Origin: an uncultured Actinomycetes bacterium
Lineage (GTDB): Bacteria > Actinomycetota > Actinomycetes > Nanopelagicales > Nanopelagicaceae
Direction: 5' to 3'
Length of the DNA stretch: 47,657 nucleotides
NCBI GenBank assembly: GCA_964394375.1
Contig: CAYMVX010000001.1
Span: forward strand, 1 to 47,657
This document shows positions 38,418 through 47,588 of this stretch, piece by piece (position 1 is the stretch's first letter; every line of letters starts with the position of its first letter). Made by a program: the position numbers and the translations under genes. Below the pieces are notes generated by a model. The model saw only the letters and a list, made by a program, of their open reading frames with translations. It searched no databases and was not told the origin of the DNA.

Positions 38418-39128
38418 ATGCCTTTGAATGAAACAATGCGCCGCAATCAAGAGCATAAAGCTCATCGCGCTGGCTGGCTAAGAGCTGCAGTGCTAGGTGT
38501 AAATGATGGTTTGGTTTCTACAGCGTCACTTATGGTCGGTGTTGCGGCAGCGATGCAGAGCGATAGCGTCATTCTTACAACTGGTTTGGCAGGAATTGCT
38601 GCAGGAGCACTTTCTATGGCGGTTGGTGAATATGTTTCTGTTCGTTCTCAAGTTGATATTGAAGAATCTGACCGTGCACTTGAAATGGATCAGCACGCAA
38701 CTAATCCTGAAGGTGAGTTCCTAGAACTGGTTCAGATTTATATGTCTCGCGGACTTTCTGAAGATTTAGCAAAACAAGTTGCAGAACAGATGCATGCACA
38801 CAATGCCATCGAAACTCACTTAAGAGACGAATTAGGTCAATTCGAACATACGATGGCGCGCCCGGTTCAAGCATCGATAGCTTCGGCAATTAGCTTTACG
38901 GTTGGAGGATTGATTCCATTCCTCGGTTTCTATCTACCATTTATCTCTAGCAACTCAATTCGAATCACATCAGTGACAATCGTGGGATTAACAATTGCCG
39001 GATTCATCTCTGCCAAGACCGCTGGAACTAATCTATTTAAGGCGACTGCTCGAGTCGTCATCGGCGGCATCATCGGCATGGTGATTACAGGAGCGATTGG
39101 CGCATTTGCCCACACTGTGGGAATTTAA
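38418..39128 (+). CDS. VIT1/CCC1 family iron/manganese transporter
   Basis: 236 aa from the ATG at 38418. WLRAAVLGVNDGLVSTASLMVGVAAA plus C-terminal TM helices. The track ORF from 38340 overlaps lgt and was trimmed. Confidence 0.85.
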   Translation: MPLNETMRRNQEHKAHRAGWLRAAVLGVNDGLVSTASLMVGVAAAMQSDSVILTTGLAGIAAGALSMAVGEYVSVRSQVDIEESDRALEMDQHATNPEGEFLELVQIYMSRGLSEDLAKQVAEQMHAHNAIETHLRDELGQFEHTMARPVQASIASAISFTVGGLIPFLGFYLPFISSNSIRITSVTIVGLTIAGFISAKTAGTNLFKATARVVIGGIIGMVITGAIGAFAHTVGI

Positions 39129-39243
39129 GAGTAATTACCCGTAGGTAAGGCAAAAAATTGTTCCGCTTTTACCTCTCTTATTGCTAACCTTTTGCACTCA
39201 TTAGGGCCAAGGTCGTCCCAAGCTACACATAAGGGGGCCAACT

Positions 39244-42200
39244 GTGCTTTCTAACAACTACCCAGCGGCACAAGGTCTCTACGATCCTGCCAACGAACAC
39301 GACGCATGCGGCGTTGCAATGGTTGCCACCCTTAAGCGCGAAGCCGAACATGAAATCGTGCAGAAGGCGTTACGCGCTCTTGAGAACATGGAACACCGCG
39401 GCGCTACTGGTGCAGATCCTGACACTGGTGATGGCGCTGGAATATTAATTCGCATCCCAGATGAATTTTTTCGCGGTGTTGTAGATTTTAAATTACCAGA
39501 CTTAGGTAAGTATGCAGTTGGTCTTGGATTTATCGAACAAGGTGCAGATGTTCGCGCAGAAATCGAAAAGTTAGCAACAGAAGAGAATTTAGTTGTTCTC
39601 GGTTGGCGCGAAGTTCCGACTGATCCGGCAACGTTAGGCAAGACTGCGATCAGTGTGATGCCAAAGTTTGAACAGCTCTTTATAGCGGGCAAGAATGGTG
39701 AAGAGGGAATCGTTCTTGATCGTATGGCATTCTGTCTGCGCAAGCGCATTGAAAATTCTCTACCTATCTACTTCTCATCACTTTCATCAGCAACCATTGT
39801 TTACAAAGGAATGTTGACTACCGCGCAGTTAAGTAAGTTTTACCCAGAACTTAATGATGCACGTGTTAAGTCGCCAATGGCTATCGTTCACTCAAGATTC
39901 TCAACAAATACATTTCCATCTTGGCAACTTTCTCATCCATATCGTTATATCGCTCACAATGGTGAAATCAACACCGTTAAAGGAAATCGCAACTGGATGC
40001 GAGCTCGTGAAGAGCTTCTTGAATCCAATTTAATTCCTGGTGATCTAGAGCGAATTTTCCCAATCGTTAATATGGCAGGCTCAGACTCAGCATCTTTTGA
40101 CGAAGTGCTTGAACTTCTATATTTGGGTGGCCGCTCACTGCCACATGCAGTTTTGATGATGATTCCTGAAGCTTGGGAGAACCACGCTTCAATGCCAAAG
40201 AACCGCAGAGATTTTTATGCATTTCATGCAGCGCTCATGGAAGCGTGGGATGGTCCTGCATGCGTAACTTTCACAGATGGTAAGCAAGTTGGCGCAGTTC
40301 TAGATCGCAACGGATTACGTCCATCTCGTTATTGGGTAACTGAAGACGGATATGTAGTTCTTGCATCTGAAGTTGGAGTTCTTGATATTCCTCAAGAAAA
40401 CGTTTCTCGTAAAGGACGTTTGCAGCCAGGAAAGATGTTCTTAGTTGATATCGAAGCTGGCCGCATCATTGAAGATGAAGAAATTAAAGATTCACTTGCA
40501 AATGCGCAACCATATGGAAAGTGGCTCGATGAGGGAATGATTCGCCTCAAGGATCTTCCTGATCGCGAACACATTATTTATCCGCACGCGTCTGTTGTTC
40601 GTCGCCAAAAAGCATTTGGTTACACCGAAGAAGAGCTCCGAGTAATCATTACACCAATGGCTAAGAATGGTATGGAACCACTTGGTTCGATGGGTACTGA
40701 TACTCCAATCGCGGCACTTTCTGAGAAGCCACGTTTGATGTTCGATTACTTCTCGCAACTCTTCGCACAGGTTACAAATCCACCACTAGATGCGATTCGT
40801 GAAGAGTTAGTAACATCGCTGGGATCTGCGGTCGGGCCAGAATGGAATTTGCTTGATCCAGGACCAAATTCATGTCGCCAAGTAGGCATTGCATTCCCAG
40901 TTATCGATAATGATGAATTGGCAAAATTAATTCACGCTAACGCTGATGGAGATTACCCAGGACTAGAGAGCTATGTAGTTAAGGCGCTCTTCCCGGTAGA
41001 AGCTGATGGTTCTGGTCTACGTAAGCGAATTGAAGAGATTAAGAAAGAAGTTTCAAACGCGATTGCAGAAGGCGCGCGAATTATTGTGCTTTCAGATCGA
41101 GACGGCGATGCAGATAACGCGCCAATTCCTTCGCTTCTGCTAACTGCGGCAATTCATCACCATTTGATTCGTGAAAAATCACGTACCAAAGTTGGTTTAA
41201 TTATCGAAGCTGGCGATGTTCGCGAAGTTCACCATGTTGCATTGTTGATTGGTTATGGTGCTGGCGCCGTTAATCCATATCTTGCAATGGAATCTGCAGA
41301 AGACTTAGTTAATCAAGGAGTTATCACCGGAATTACTGCTGATAAAGCAGTTAAGAATCTGATTAAGGCACTTGGAAAAGGTGTGCTTAAAGTTATGTCC
41401 AAGATGGGCATTTCAACCATCGCTTCTTACACAGGTGCACAAGTTTTCGAAGCAATCGGTCTCTCACAAGAGTTAGTTGATGAATTCTTCACAGGCACTA
41501 CTTCGCGTCTTGGTGGAATCACACTTGATACTGTTGCAACAGAAGTTACTAAGCGTCACCATGTTGCCTATCCACCAGGGGGAGAGATTCCTGGCGCTAA
41601 GCGCTTATCAATTGGTGGCGAATATCAATGGCGCCGTGAAGGTGAACCACACTTATTCGATCCTGAAACGGTTTTCACGTTGCAGCACTCAACACGCAAC
41701 AAGCGCTTCGATGTGTTCAAGCGTTACACATCTCGTGTTGACGAACAGAGCAAACGTTTAATGACCTTACGTGGGTTGTTCCAATTTAAAGAAGGTGTAC
41801 GCCCAGCAATTTCAATTGATGAAGTTGAGCCAATTTCAGAAATCATAAAACGATTCTCAACTGGAGCGATGAGCTTTGGTTCAGTATCGAAGGAAGTTCA
41901 CGAAACTCTTGCAATTGCAATGAACCGTCTTGGCGGTAAATCAAATACCGGCGAAGGTGGAGAGGATCCAGCTCGTTTTACTCCGATGGAGAATGGCGAC
42001 TCAAAGCGCTCTGCGATCAAACAAGTTGCTTCAGGTCGCTTTGGCGTAACTAGTGAATACCTAGTTAACTCAGACGATATTCAAATCAAGATTGCACAAG
42101 GTGCAAAGCCTGGCGAAGGTGGCCAATTGCCGGGCAACAAGGTTTATCCATGGGTTGCAAAAGTTCGTCACTCAACAACTGGTGTTGGCTTAATTTCGCC

Positions 42201-43761
42201 ACCACCTCATCACGATATTTACTCAATTGAAGATTTAGCACAGCTAATTCACGATTTGAAGAATGCCAATAAGAATGCTCGCGTCCACGTGAAACTAGTT
42301 GCGGAAGTTGGCGTAGGAACAGTTGCAGCAGGTGTTTCAAAAGCACATGCTGACGTTGTTTTGATCTCTGGCCATGACGGCGGAACAGGTGCATCACCTC
42401 TTACTTCACTTAAGCATGCAGGCGCACCATGGGAATTAGGTCTTGCAGAGACTCAGCAGACTCTTCTACTAAACCGTCTGCGCGATCGCATTGTTGTTCA
42501 AACAGATGGTCAATTAAAGACTGGCCGTGATGTAGTTATTGCGGCACTTCTAGGTGCAGAAGAGTTTGGTTTTGCTACTGCACCGCTAGTTGTATCTGGT
42601 TGCATCATGATGCGCGTCTGCCATCTTGATACATGCCCAGTAGGCGTTGCGACGCAGAATCCAGAGCTACGTGCGAAATTCTCAGGCAAGCCTGAATTCG
42701 TTGAAACTTTCTTCGAATACATCGCGCAAGAAGTTCGTGAATTGCTTGCACAACTTGGTTTCCGTTCGATTGCAGAAGCAGTTGGCCATGTCGAATTCCT
42801 TGATACTAAAGCAGCTGTTGATCACTGGAAAGCGAGTGGTTTAGATCTTTCACCACTTCTTGTGCGTCCTGAAGTTGATTCACCGCTTCATAACACCACC
42901 ACTCAAGATCACGGCTTAGCTGCCGCGCTTGATAACAAGTTAATTGAACTTGCAAAGCCCGCTCTTGAAAATGGTGAGCGCGTGAATATTGATCTACAAG
43001 TTCGAAATGTCAATCGAACTGTCGGAACCATGCTTGGCGCAGAGATCACTCGCAAGTACAAAGGCGCAGGACTTCCAGACGATACCGTCAATGTAGTTCT
43101 ACATGGCTCTGCCGGCCAATCACTCGGCGCATTTATTCCAAGTGGTCTAACTATTCGTTTATATGGCGATAGCAATGACTATGTAGGTAAGGGCATTTCT
43201 GGTGGCCGAGTAATTGTTCGCCCTGATGAGAAGGCAAAATTCAAATCAGAAGAGAACGTAATTGCTGGAAACGTAATTGGCTACGGTGCCACAAGCGGCG
43301 AAATCTTTGTTCGCGGCATTGTTGGCGAACGCTTCTGTGTACGTAACTCAGGCGCTACTGCAGTCACTGAGGGCGTAGGAGATCATGCCCTTGAATACAT
43401 GACTGGTGGTCGCGTAGTAATTCTTGGCCGAACTGGACGCAACTTGGCAGCAGGTATGTCAGGCGGCGTTGCCTATGTATTAGACCTAAAGCCTGAACTC
43501 GTAAACACTGAGTTAGTAGACCTACTACCAGTTGATGCAGAACGTGAATCGGAATTGAAATCAATTCTCTCGAAGTTTGCTGCCGAAACCGGTTCGGAAG
43601 TTGCTGATTCACTACTGAAGAATTGGGATTTGTCTCGATTCACATTAGTGCTACCTCGTGATTACGCAAAGGTTTTGGCTGCAATCGCTGAAGCTAAATC
43701 TAAGGGCTACAGCGCTGATGATGTAGATAAGTACGTTATGGAGGTAATCGCAAATGGGTGA
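39244..43761 (+). CDS. gltB: Glutamate synthase (GOGAT) large subunit
   Basis: 1505 aa with a GTG start and SD AAGGGGG. Ntn amidotransferase Cys in [14 protein letters not shown] and GXGXG domains are present. Confidence 0.97.
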   Translation: MLSNNYPAAQGLYDPANEHDACGVAMVATLKREAEHEIVQKALRALENMEHRGATGADPDTGDGAGILIRIPDEFFRGVVDFKLPDLGKYAVGLGFIEQGADVRAEIEKLATEENLVVLGWREVPTDPATLGKTAISVMPKFEQLFIAGKNGEEGIVLDRMAFCLRKRIENSLPIYFSSLSSATIVYKGMLTTAQLSKFYPELNDARVKSPMAIVHSRFSTNTFPSWQLSHPYRYIAHNGEINTVKGNRNWMRAREELLESNLIPGDLERIFPIVNMAGSDSASFDEVLELLYLGGRSLPHAVLMMIPEAWENHASMPKNRRDFYAFHAALMEAWDGPACVTFTDGKQVGAVLDRNGLRPSRYWVTEDGYVVLASEVGVLDIPQENVSRKGRLQPGKMFLVDIEAGRIIEDEEIKDSLANAQPYGKWLDEGMIRLKDLPDREHIIYPHASVVRRQKAFGYTEEELRVIITPMAKNGMEPLGSMGTDTPIAALSEKPRLMFDYFSQLFAQVTNPPLDAIREELVTSLGSAVGPEWNLLDPGPNSCRQVGIAFPVIDNDELAKLIHANADGDYPGLESYVVKALFPVEADGSGLRKRIEEIKKEVSNAIAEGARIIVLSDRDGDADNAPIPSLLLTAAIHHHLIREKSRTKVGLIIEAGDVREVHHVALLIGYGAGAVNPYLAMESAEDLVNQGVITGITADKAVKNLIKALGKGVLKVMSKMGISTIASYTGAQVFEAIGLSQELVDEFFTGTTSRLGGITLDTVATEVTKRHHVAYPPGGEIPGAKRLSIGGEYQWRREGEPHLFDPETVFTLQHSTRNKRFDVFKRYTSRVDEQSKRLMTLRGLFQFKEGVRPAISIDEVEPISEIIKRFSTGAMSFGSVSKEVHETLAIAMNRLGGKSNTGEGGEDPARFTPMENGDSKRSAIKQVASGRFGVTSEYLVNSDDIQIKIAQGAKPGEGGQLPGNKVYPWVAKVRHSTTGVGLISPPPHHDIYSIEDLAQLIHDLKNANKNARVHVKLVAEVGVGTVAAGVSKAHADVVLISGHDGGTGASPLTSLKHAGAPWELGLAETQQTLLLNRLRDRIVVQTDGQLKTGRDVVIAALLGAEEFGFATAPLVVSGCIMMRVCHLDTCPVGVATQNPELRAKFSGKPEFVETFFEYIAQEVRELLAQLGFRSIAEAVGHVEFLDTKAAVDHWKASGLDLSPLLVRPEVDSPLHNTTTQDHGLAAALDNKLIELAKPALENGERVNIDLQVRNVNRTVGTMLGAEITRKYKGAGLPDDTVNVVLHGSAGQSLGAFIPSGLTIRLYGDSNDYVGKGISGGRVIVRPDEKAKFKSEENVIAGNVIGYGATSGEIFVRGIVGERFCVRNSGATAVTEGVGDHALEYMTGGRVVILGRTGRNLAAGMSGGVAYVLDLKPELVNTELVDLLPVDAERESELKSILSKFAAETGSEVADSLLKNWDLSRFTLVLPRDYAKVLAAIAEAKSKGYSADDVDKYVMEVIANG

Positions 43762-45214
43762 TCCAAGAGGATTCATTAAAGAACAACGCGAAACTCCTAA
43801 GCGTCGTCCAGTCGATGTACGCATTCTCGATTGGAAAGAAGTTTACGAACCTCAATCAATCGAACATCTTCGCACTCAAGCATCTCGATGCATGGATTGC
43901 GGCATCCCGTTCTGTCACTCAGGTTGCCCGCTTGGCAATTTAATTCCAGAATGGAATGACTTGATGTATCGCGGAGATATGAAATCTGCGATTGATCGTC
44001 TGCATGCCACTAATAATTTCCCAGAATTTACCGGGCGACTATGTCCAGCTCCATGTGAGACCGCTTGCGTTGTCGGAATTAATCGCGATGCAGTCACGAT
44101 CAAACAAGTTGAACTTCGCACAGTAGAAGAAGCATGGGGTAGCGACTCAATCACTCCACTTGTCCCTTCACGTTTAAGCGGTAAGACAGTTGCGGTTATT
44201 GGTTCAGGACCTGCTGGACTTGCTGCCGCACAACAACTAACCCGCGCCGGACATACTGTTGCGGTTTATGAGCGCGCAGAGAAAATTGGCGGCTTGCTAC
44301 GTTATGGAATTCCAGAATTCAAAATGGAGAAATATGTAATTGATCGTCGCTTACAGCAGATGGAAAAAGAAGGTACTCGTTTCCGTCCTGGCGTGAATGT
44401 TGGCGAAGAACTCACAGGCGAAGACTTACGCCGCAGATACGATGCAATTGTCCTTTCCGTAGGCGCAACTCAATGGCGTGATTTGAACATTCCAGGTCGC
44501 GAACTTAAAGGCGTCTACCAGGCGATGGAATATTTGCCATGGGGTAATAGGCAAGGTTTAGGTGAAGTAACTGAGCCGCCAATAAATGCAGCAGGCAAAC
44601 ATGTTGTAGTAATTGGTGGCGGAGACACTGGTGCGGACTGCCTGGGAACAGCGATTCGTCAAAAGGCTGCATCCGTAACTCAGTTGGAGATCATGCCTCG
44701 TCCAACAGAAGAACGTCCGTCATCACAACCTTGGCCGACATATCCGATGATTTATCGCGTATCTAGTGCACACGAAGAGTTAGACAATCGCGTGTTCAGC
44801 GTTAACACTCAAGAGTTTGTTGGCGACGGTAATGGAAATCTAAAGGCCCTAAAGATTGTCGAAGTGAAATTCGAAAATGGAAAATTCGAACCAGTTGCAG
44901 GATCTGAACGAGAGATTCCTGCAGACTTGGTATTTATGGCGATGGGCTTTACCGGACCTGAAAAATCTCCACTACTTTCACAACTTGAAGTTGAATTGGA
45001 CGAGCGTGGAAATATCAAACGTGATTCAAATTTCCAGACCAACCAAGAAGGTATTTTCGTAGCTGGCGATGCTGGTCGCGGACAATCACTTATTGTTTGG
45101 GCTATCGCAGAGGGTAGAAGTGCTGCTGCTGCAGTGGATACTTATTTAAGTGCAAGTGGCACAACTCAACTTCCGGCACCAATTGAGCCAACCGCAAGAC
45201 CATTGACTGTTTAG
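43754..45214 (+). CDS. gltD: Glutamate synthase small (NADPH) subunit
   Basis: 486 aa. Fe-S cysteines ([17 protein letters not shown]), dinucleotide fold [12 protein letters not shown] and [11 protein letters not shown]. 8-nt overlap with gltB. Confidence 0.96.
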   Translation: MGDPRGFIKEQRETPKRRPVDVRILDWKEVYEPQSIEHLRTQASRCMDCGIPFCHSGCPLGNLIPEWNDLMYRGDMKSAIDRLHATNNFPEFTGRLCPAPCETACVVGINRDAVTIKQVELRTVEEAWGSDSITPLVPSRLSGKTVAVIGSGPAGLAAAQQLTRAGHTVAVYERAEKIGGLLRYGIPEFKMEKYVIDRRLQQMEKEGTRFRPGVNVGEELTGEDLRRRYDAIVLSVGATQWRDLNIPGRELKGVYQAMEYLPWGNRQGLGEVTEPPINAAGKHVVVIGGGDTGADCLGTAIRQKAASVTQLEIMPRPTEERPSSQPWPTYPMIYRVSSAHEELDNRVFSVNTQEFVGDGNGNLKALKIVEVKFENGKFEPVAGSEREIPADLVFMAMGFTGPEKSPLLSQLEVELDERGNIKRDSNFQTNQEGIFVAGDAGRGQSLIVWAIAEGRSAAAAVDTYLSASGTTQLPAPIEPTARPLTV

Positions 45215-45265
45215 AGACAAAAGCAACTAAAGAAGACACAATAGATAAGAAGAGAAGATAAAAGG

Positions 45266-46717
45266 ATGAATATGCGCCGCGCAAAGATTGTCTGCACCAT
45301 GGGTCCAGCAGTTGAAGCTCCAGAACGTGTGAAGTTATTAATCGAAGCTGGCATGAATATGGCCCGCTTGAATCTTTCGCATGGAAGTTACGAAGAGCAC
45401 CAGTTCCGTTTGGACAATGTCCGAGCCGCAGCACGAGCTGCCCAGCAACCGGTTGCAGTGCTTGTGGATCTACAAGGTCCAAAGATTCGCCTTGGTCGCT
45501 TCGCTGATGGACCTCATGATTTAGCGCGCGGTGATATTTTCACAATCACCACTGATGAAATTGAAGGCACTAAAGATCGAGTAGGCACAACATTTAAAGG
45601 TTTGCCTGGCGATTGCAAGCCAGGAGATCGCCTCTTAATCGATGATGGAAAAGTTGCAGTCGAAGTTATTGAAGTAAAAGGCAACGATGTAATTACTAAA
45701 TGCGTCGAACCTGGAGCTGTTTCTAACAATAAGGGAATCAATCTTCCTGGCGTTGCGGTTTCAGTTCCTGCACTATCTGAAAAAGATAAAGAGGATCTTC
45801 GTTGGGGTCTACGCGCTGGCGTGGATTTCATTGCACTTTCATTCGTGCGCGATGCAAAAGATATTGAAGACGTTCATGCAATCATGGACGAAGTTGGCAT
45901 CCGCCTTCCAGTAATTGCAAAGATTGAAAAGCCACAAGCAGTTGCAAACCTCGAAGAGATTGTTGAAGCTTTTGACGGCATCATGGTTGCCCGTGGCGAT
46001 CTTGGCGTGGAACTTCCAATCGAAGAAGTTCCACTAGTTCAGAAACGATGCGTGGCACTTGCACGTGCAGCTGCAAAGCCAGTAATTGTTGCAACTCAAA
46101 TGCTTGACTCGATGATCACCAACAGCACACCAACTCGTGCAGAGGCTACAGACTGCGCAAACGCGGTACTAGATGGCGCCGATGCTTTGATGCTATCTGG
46201 CGAAACTTCGGTTGGAGATTTTGCTATCGAGGCAGTTCAAACAATGGCTCGAATTATTGTTCATACTGAAACTAAAGCTCTTTCAAAAATTACTCCGCTG
46301 GATGCAAATGCGCGTCCAACAACCAAGGGCGGAGCTATTACTAAAGCAGCTACAGAAGTTAGCGCGATTCTTAATGCTAAATTCATGGTTGCTTTCACTG
46401 AAAGTGGAGAATCTGCTCGTCGCATGGCGATGTTCCGTAGCCCAATTCCAATCTTGGCGCTTACTCCTAATCAAGGAACATATAACCGCTTGGCACTTTC
46501 TTGGGGCGTAGAACCTGGAATTGTTCCGACAGTTGCGCATACAGATGAAATGGTTAAGCAAGTAGACCAATGGCTAGTCGAGCATGGTGAAGCGCAGGTA
46601 GGGGATCAGGTAATCATCGTTGCCGGAGCGCCTCCAGGAATTCCTGGCTCAACAAATGCGCTACGTGTGCACGTAATCGGTGATGCCGTTAGTGGCCGCG
46701 CTGCTGCATATCGCTAA
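45266..46717 (+). CDS. pyk: Pyruvate kinase
   Basis: 483 aa (MNMRRAKIVCTMGPA). The second ATG at 45272 has better spacing to AAAGGA and may be the true start. MVARGDLGVE motif. Confidence 0.95.
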   Translation: MNMRRAKIVCTMGPAVEAPERVKLLIEAGMNMARLNLSHGSYEEHQFRLDNVRAAARAAQQPVAVLVDLQGPKIRLGRFADGPHDLARGDIFTITTDEIEGTKDRVGTTFKGLPGDCKPGDRLLIDDGKVAVEVIEVKGNDVITKCVEPGAVSNNKGINLPGVAVSVPALSEKDKEDLRWGLRAGVDFIALSFVRDAKDIEDVHAIMDEVGIRLPVIAKIEKPQAVANLEEIVEAFDGIMVARGDLGVELPIEEVPLVQKRCVALARAAAKPVIVATQMLDSMITNSTPTRAEATDCANAVLDGADALMLSGETSVGDFAIEAVQTMARIIVHTETKALSKITPLDANARPTTKGGAITKAATEVSAILNAKFMVAFTESGESARRMAMFRSPIPILALTPNQGTYNRLALSWGVEPGIVPTVAHTDEMVKQVDQWLVEHGEAQVGDQVIIVAGAPPGIPGSTNALRVHVIGDAVSGRAAAYR

Positions 46718-46776
46718 TTAATAAGTAATTTCGCTTAGCAGTTCGTTTAGTATTAAACTGAACGAGCTGTAAGCAC

Positions 46777-46849
46777 GCCTCGGTACTCCAACGGTAGAGA
46801 GGGCAGTCTCAAACACTGCATAGTGTCGGTTCAAATCCGACTCGAGGCA
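46777..46849 (+). tRNA. tRNA with anticodon CAA (nominally tRNA-Leu) and an atypical 5-nt variable loop; CCA is not encoded
   Basis: Hand-folded cloverleaf:
- Acceptor 46777-83/46842-48, 7 bp with one G-U.
- U8.
- 3-bp D stem CTC/GAG with a CAACGGTAGA loop.
- Anticodon stem GCAGT/ACTGC with loop CTCAAAC.
- Variable loop ATAGT.
- T arm GTCGG-TTCAAAT-CCGAC.
- Discriminator A. Confidence 0.85.
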
Positions 46850-46850
46850 C

Positions 46851-47420
46851 ATGAAAATTCTCGTCGCTGAAGACGAGGCGCTGATTCGCCTCGATCTAGT
46901 TGAGATGCTCCGAGAAGCTGGCTATGAAGTTGTTGCCGAAGCCGGCAACGGTCAGGAAGCAATTGATTTAAATGCAAAGCACAAACCTGATTTAGCGATT
47001 CTAGATATCAATATGCCGATTATGGATGGTTTAACAGCCGCTGAAACAATTGTTAAGACAACTCCAGTCTTAATGCTAACAGCATTTAGTCAACGCGAAT
47101 TAGTTGAACGCGCAAATGCAGCGGGCGTTATGGCTTATGTTGTAAAACCATTCACCATAAATGATTTGATTCCTGCAATTGAGATTGCTGCAAGTCGTTA
47201 CACGCAAATGACTGCACTTGCAGAGGAAGTTGCAAACTTAAGCGATCGTTTAGAAACTAGAAAGTTAATTGATCGCGCAAAAGGTATTTTAATGAAGGCG
47301 TTAAATCTTTCAGAGCCAGAGGCATTTAGCTGGATTCAAAGAGCAGCGATGGATCGCCGTCTCACTATGAAAGAAGTCGCAATGGCGGTAATTTCGCCGG
47401 ACGCCGCCCCAGAACGTTAA
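46851..47420 (+). CDS. pdtaR: ANTAR-domain response regulator (PdtaR-type RNA-binding antiterminator/translation regulator)
   Basis: 189 aa. Receiver domain MKILVAEDEALIRLDLVEMLREAGYEV...DLAILDINMP. C-terminal ANTAR domain (LETRKLIDRAKGILM...AFSWIQRAAMDRRLTM). Closely resembles my recollection of mycobacterial PdtaR. Confidence 0.92.
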   Translation: MKILVAEDEALIRLDLVEMLREAGYEVVAEAGNGQEAIDLNAKHKPDLAILDINMPIMDGLTAAETIVKTTPVLMLTAFSQRELVERANAAGVMAYVVKPFTINDLIPAIEIAASRYTQMTALAEEVANLSDRLETRKLIDRAKGILMKALNLSEPEAFSWIQRAAMDRRLTMKEVAMAVISPDAAPER

Positions 47421-47588
47421 ATAACAACCTTTTCGCAATAAATCCACATTTTGTTACAAAACCGCAATAAATCGGCGCCATTTCCCGCGTAAAAGTTAAC
47501 TGGCGCGAAACCTTCGCATGTTGTATGGCGCACATATCTACCTTTATTCTTACGCCCTCCCTTCCCGGGAATTTACGAAAGGTAATAA

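Noticed and set aside
39135-39148. TTACC-CGTA-GGTAA hairpin after the VIT gene, considered as a terminator.
   Set aside because: It has only 5 bp and is followed by an A-run rather than a U-run, which is too weak. The 115-nt spacer presumably holds the gltB promoter, but I could not identify convincing elements (for example GlnR boxes).
45215-45265. Purine-rich (A/G) 51-nt tract between gltD and pyk.
   Set aside because: It is compositionally striking but has no repeats, structure or ORF. It is most simply an extended A-rich 5' UTR containing the SD for pyk.
46741-46763. Bulged 8-bp hairpin (GTTCGTTT / AAAC-T-GAAC) 24 nt after the pyk stop, considered as a pyk terminator.
   Set aside because: It is AT-rich with no U-tract. 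It also overlaps the only plausible -10 hexamers for the tRNA (TAGTAT, TAAACT). I cannot tell a terminator from promoter-region AT-richness, so it is not reported as a feature.
46777-46849. Alternative readings of the tRNA:
- A class II fold using CACT-GCAT-AGTG (46814-46825) as a variable arm.
- A - strand tRNA with anticodon TTG (Gln).
   Set aside because: - The class II attempt destroys the 5-bp anticodon stem and steals a T-stem base, leaving no 7-nt anticodon loop.
- The - strand fold lacks a TTC T-loop and GG D-loop.
- Only the + strand class I cloverleaf is consistent.
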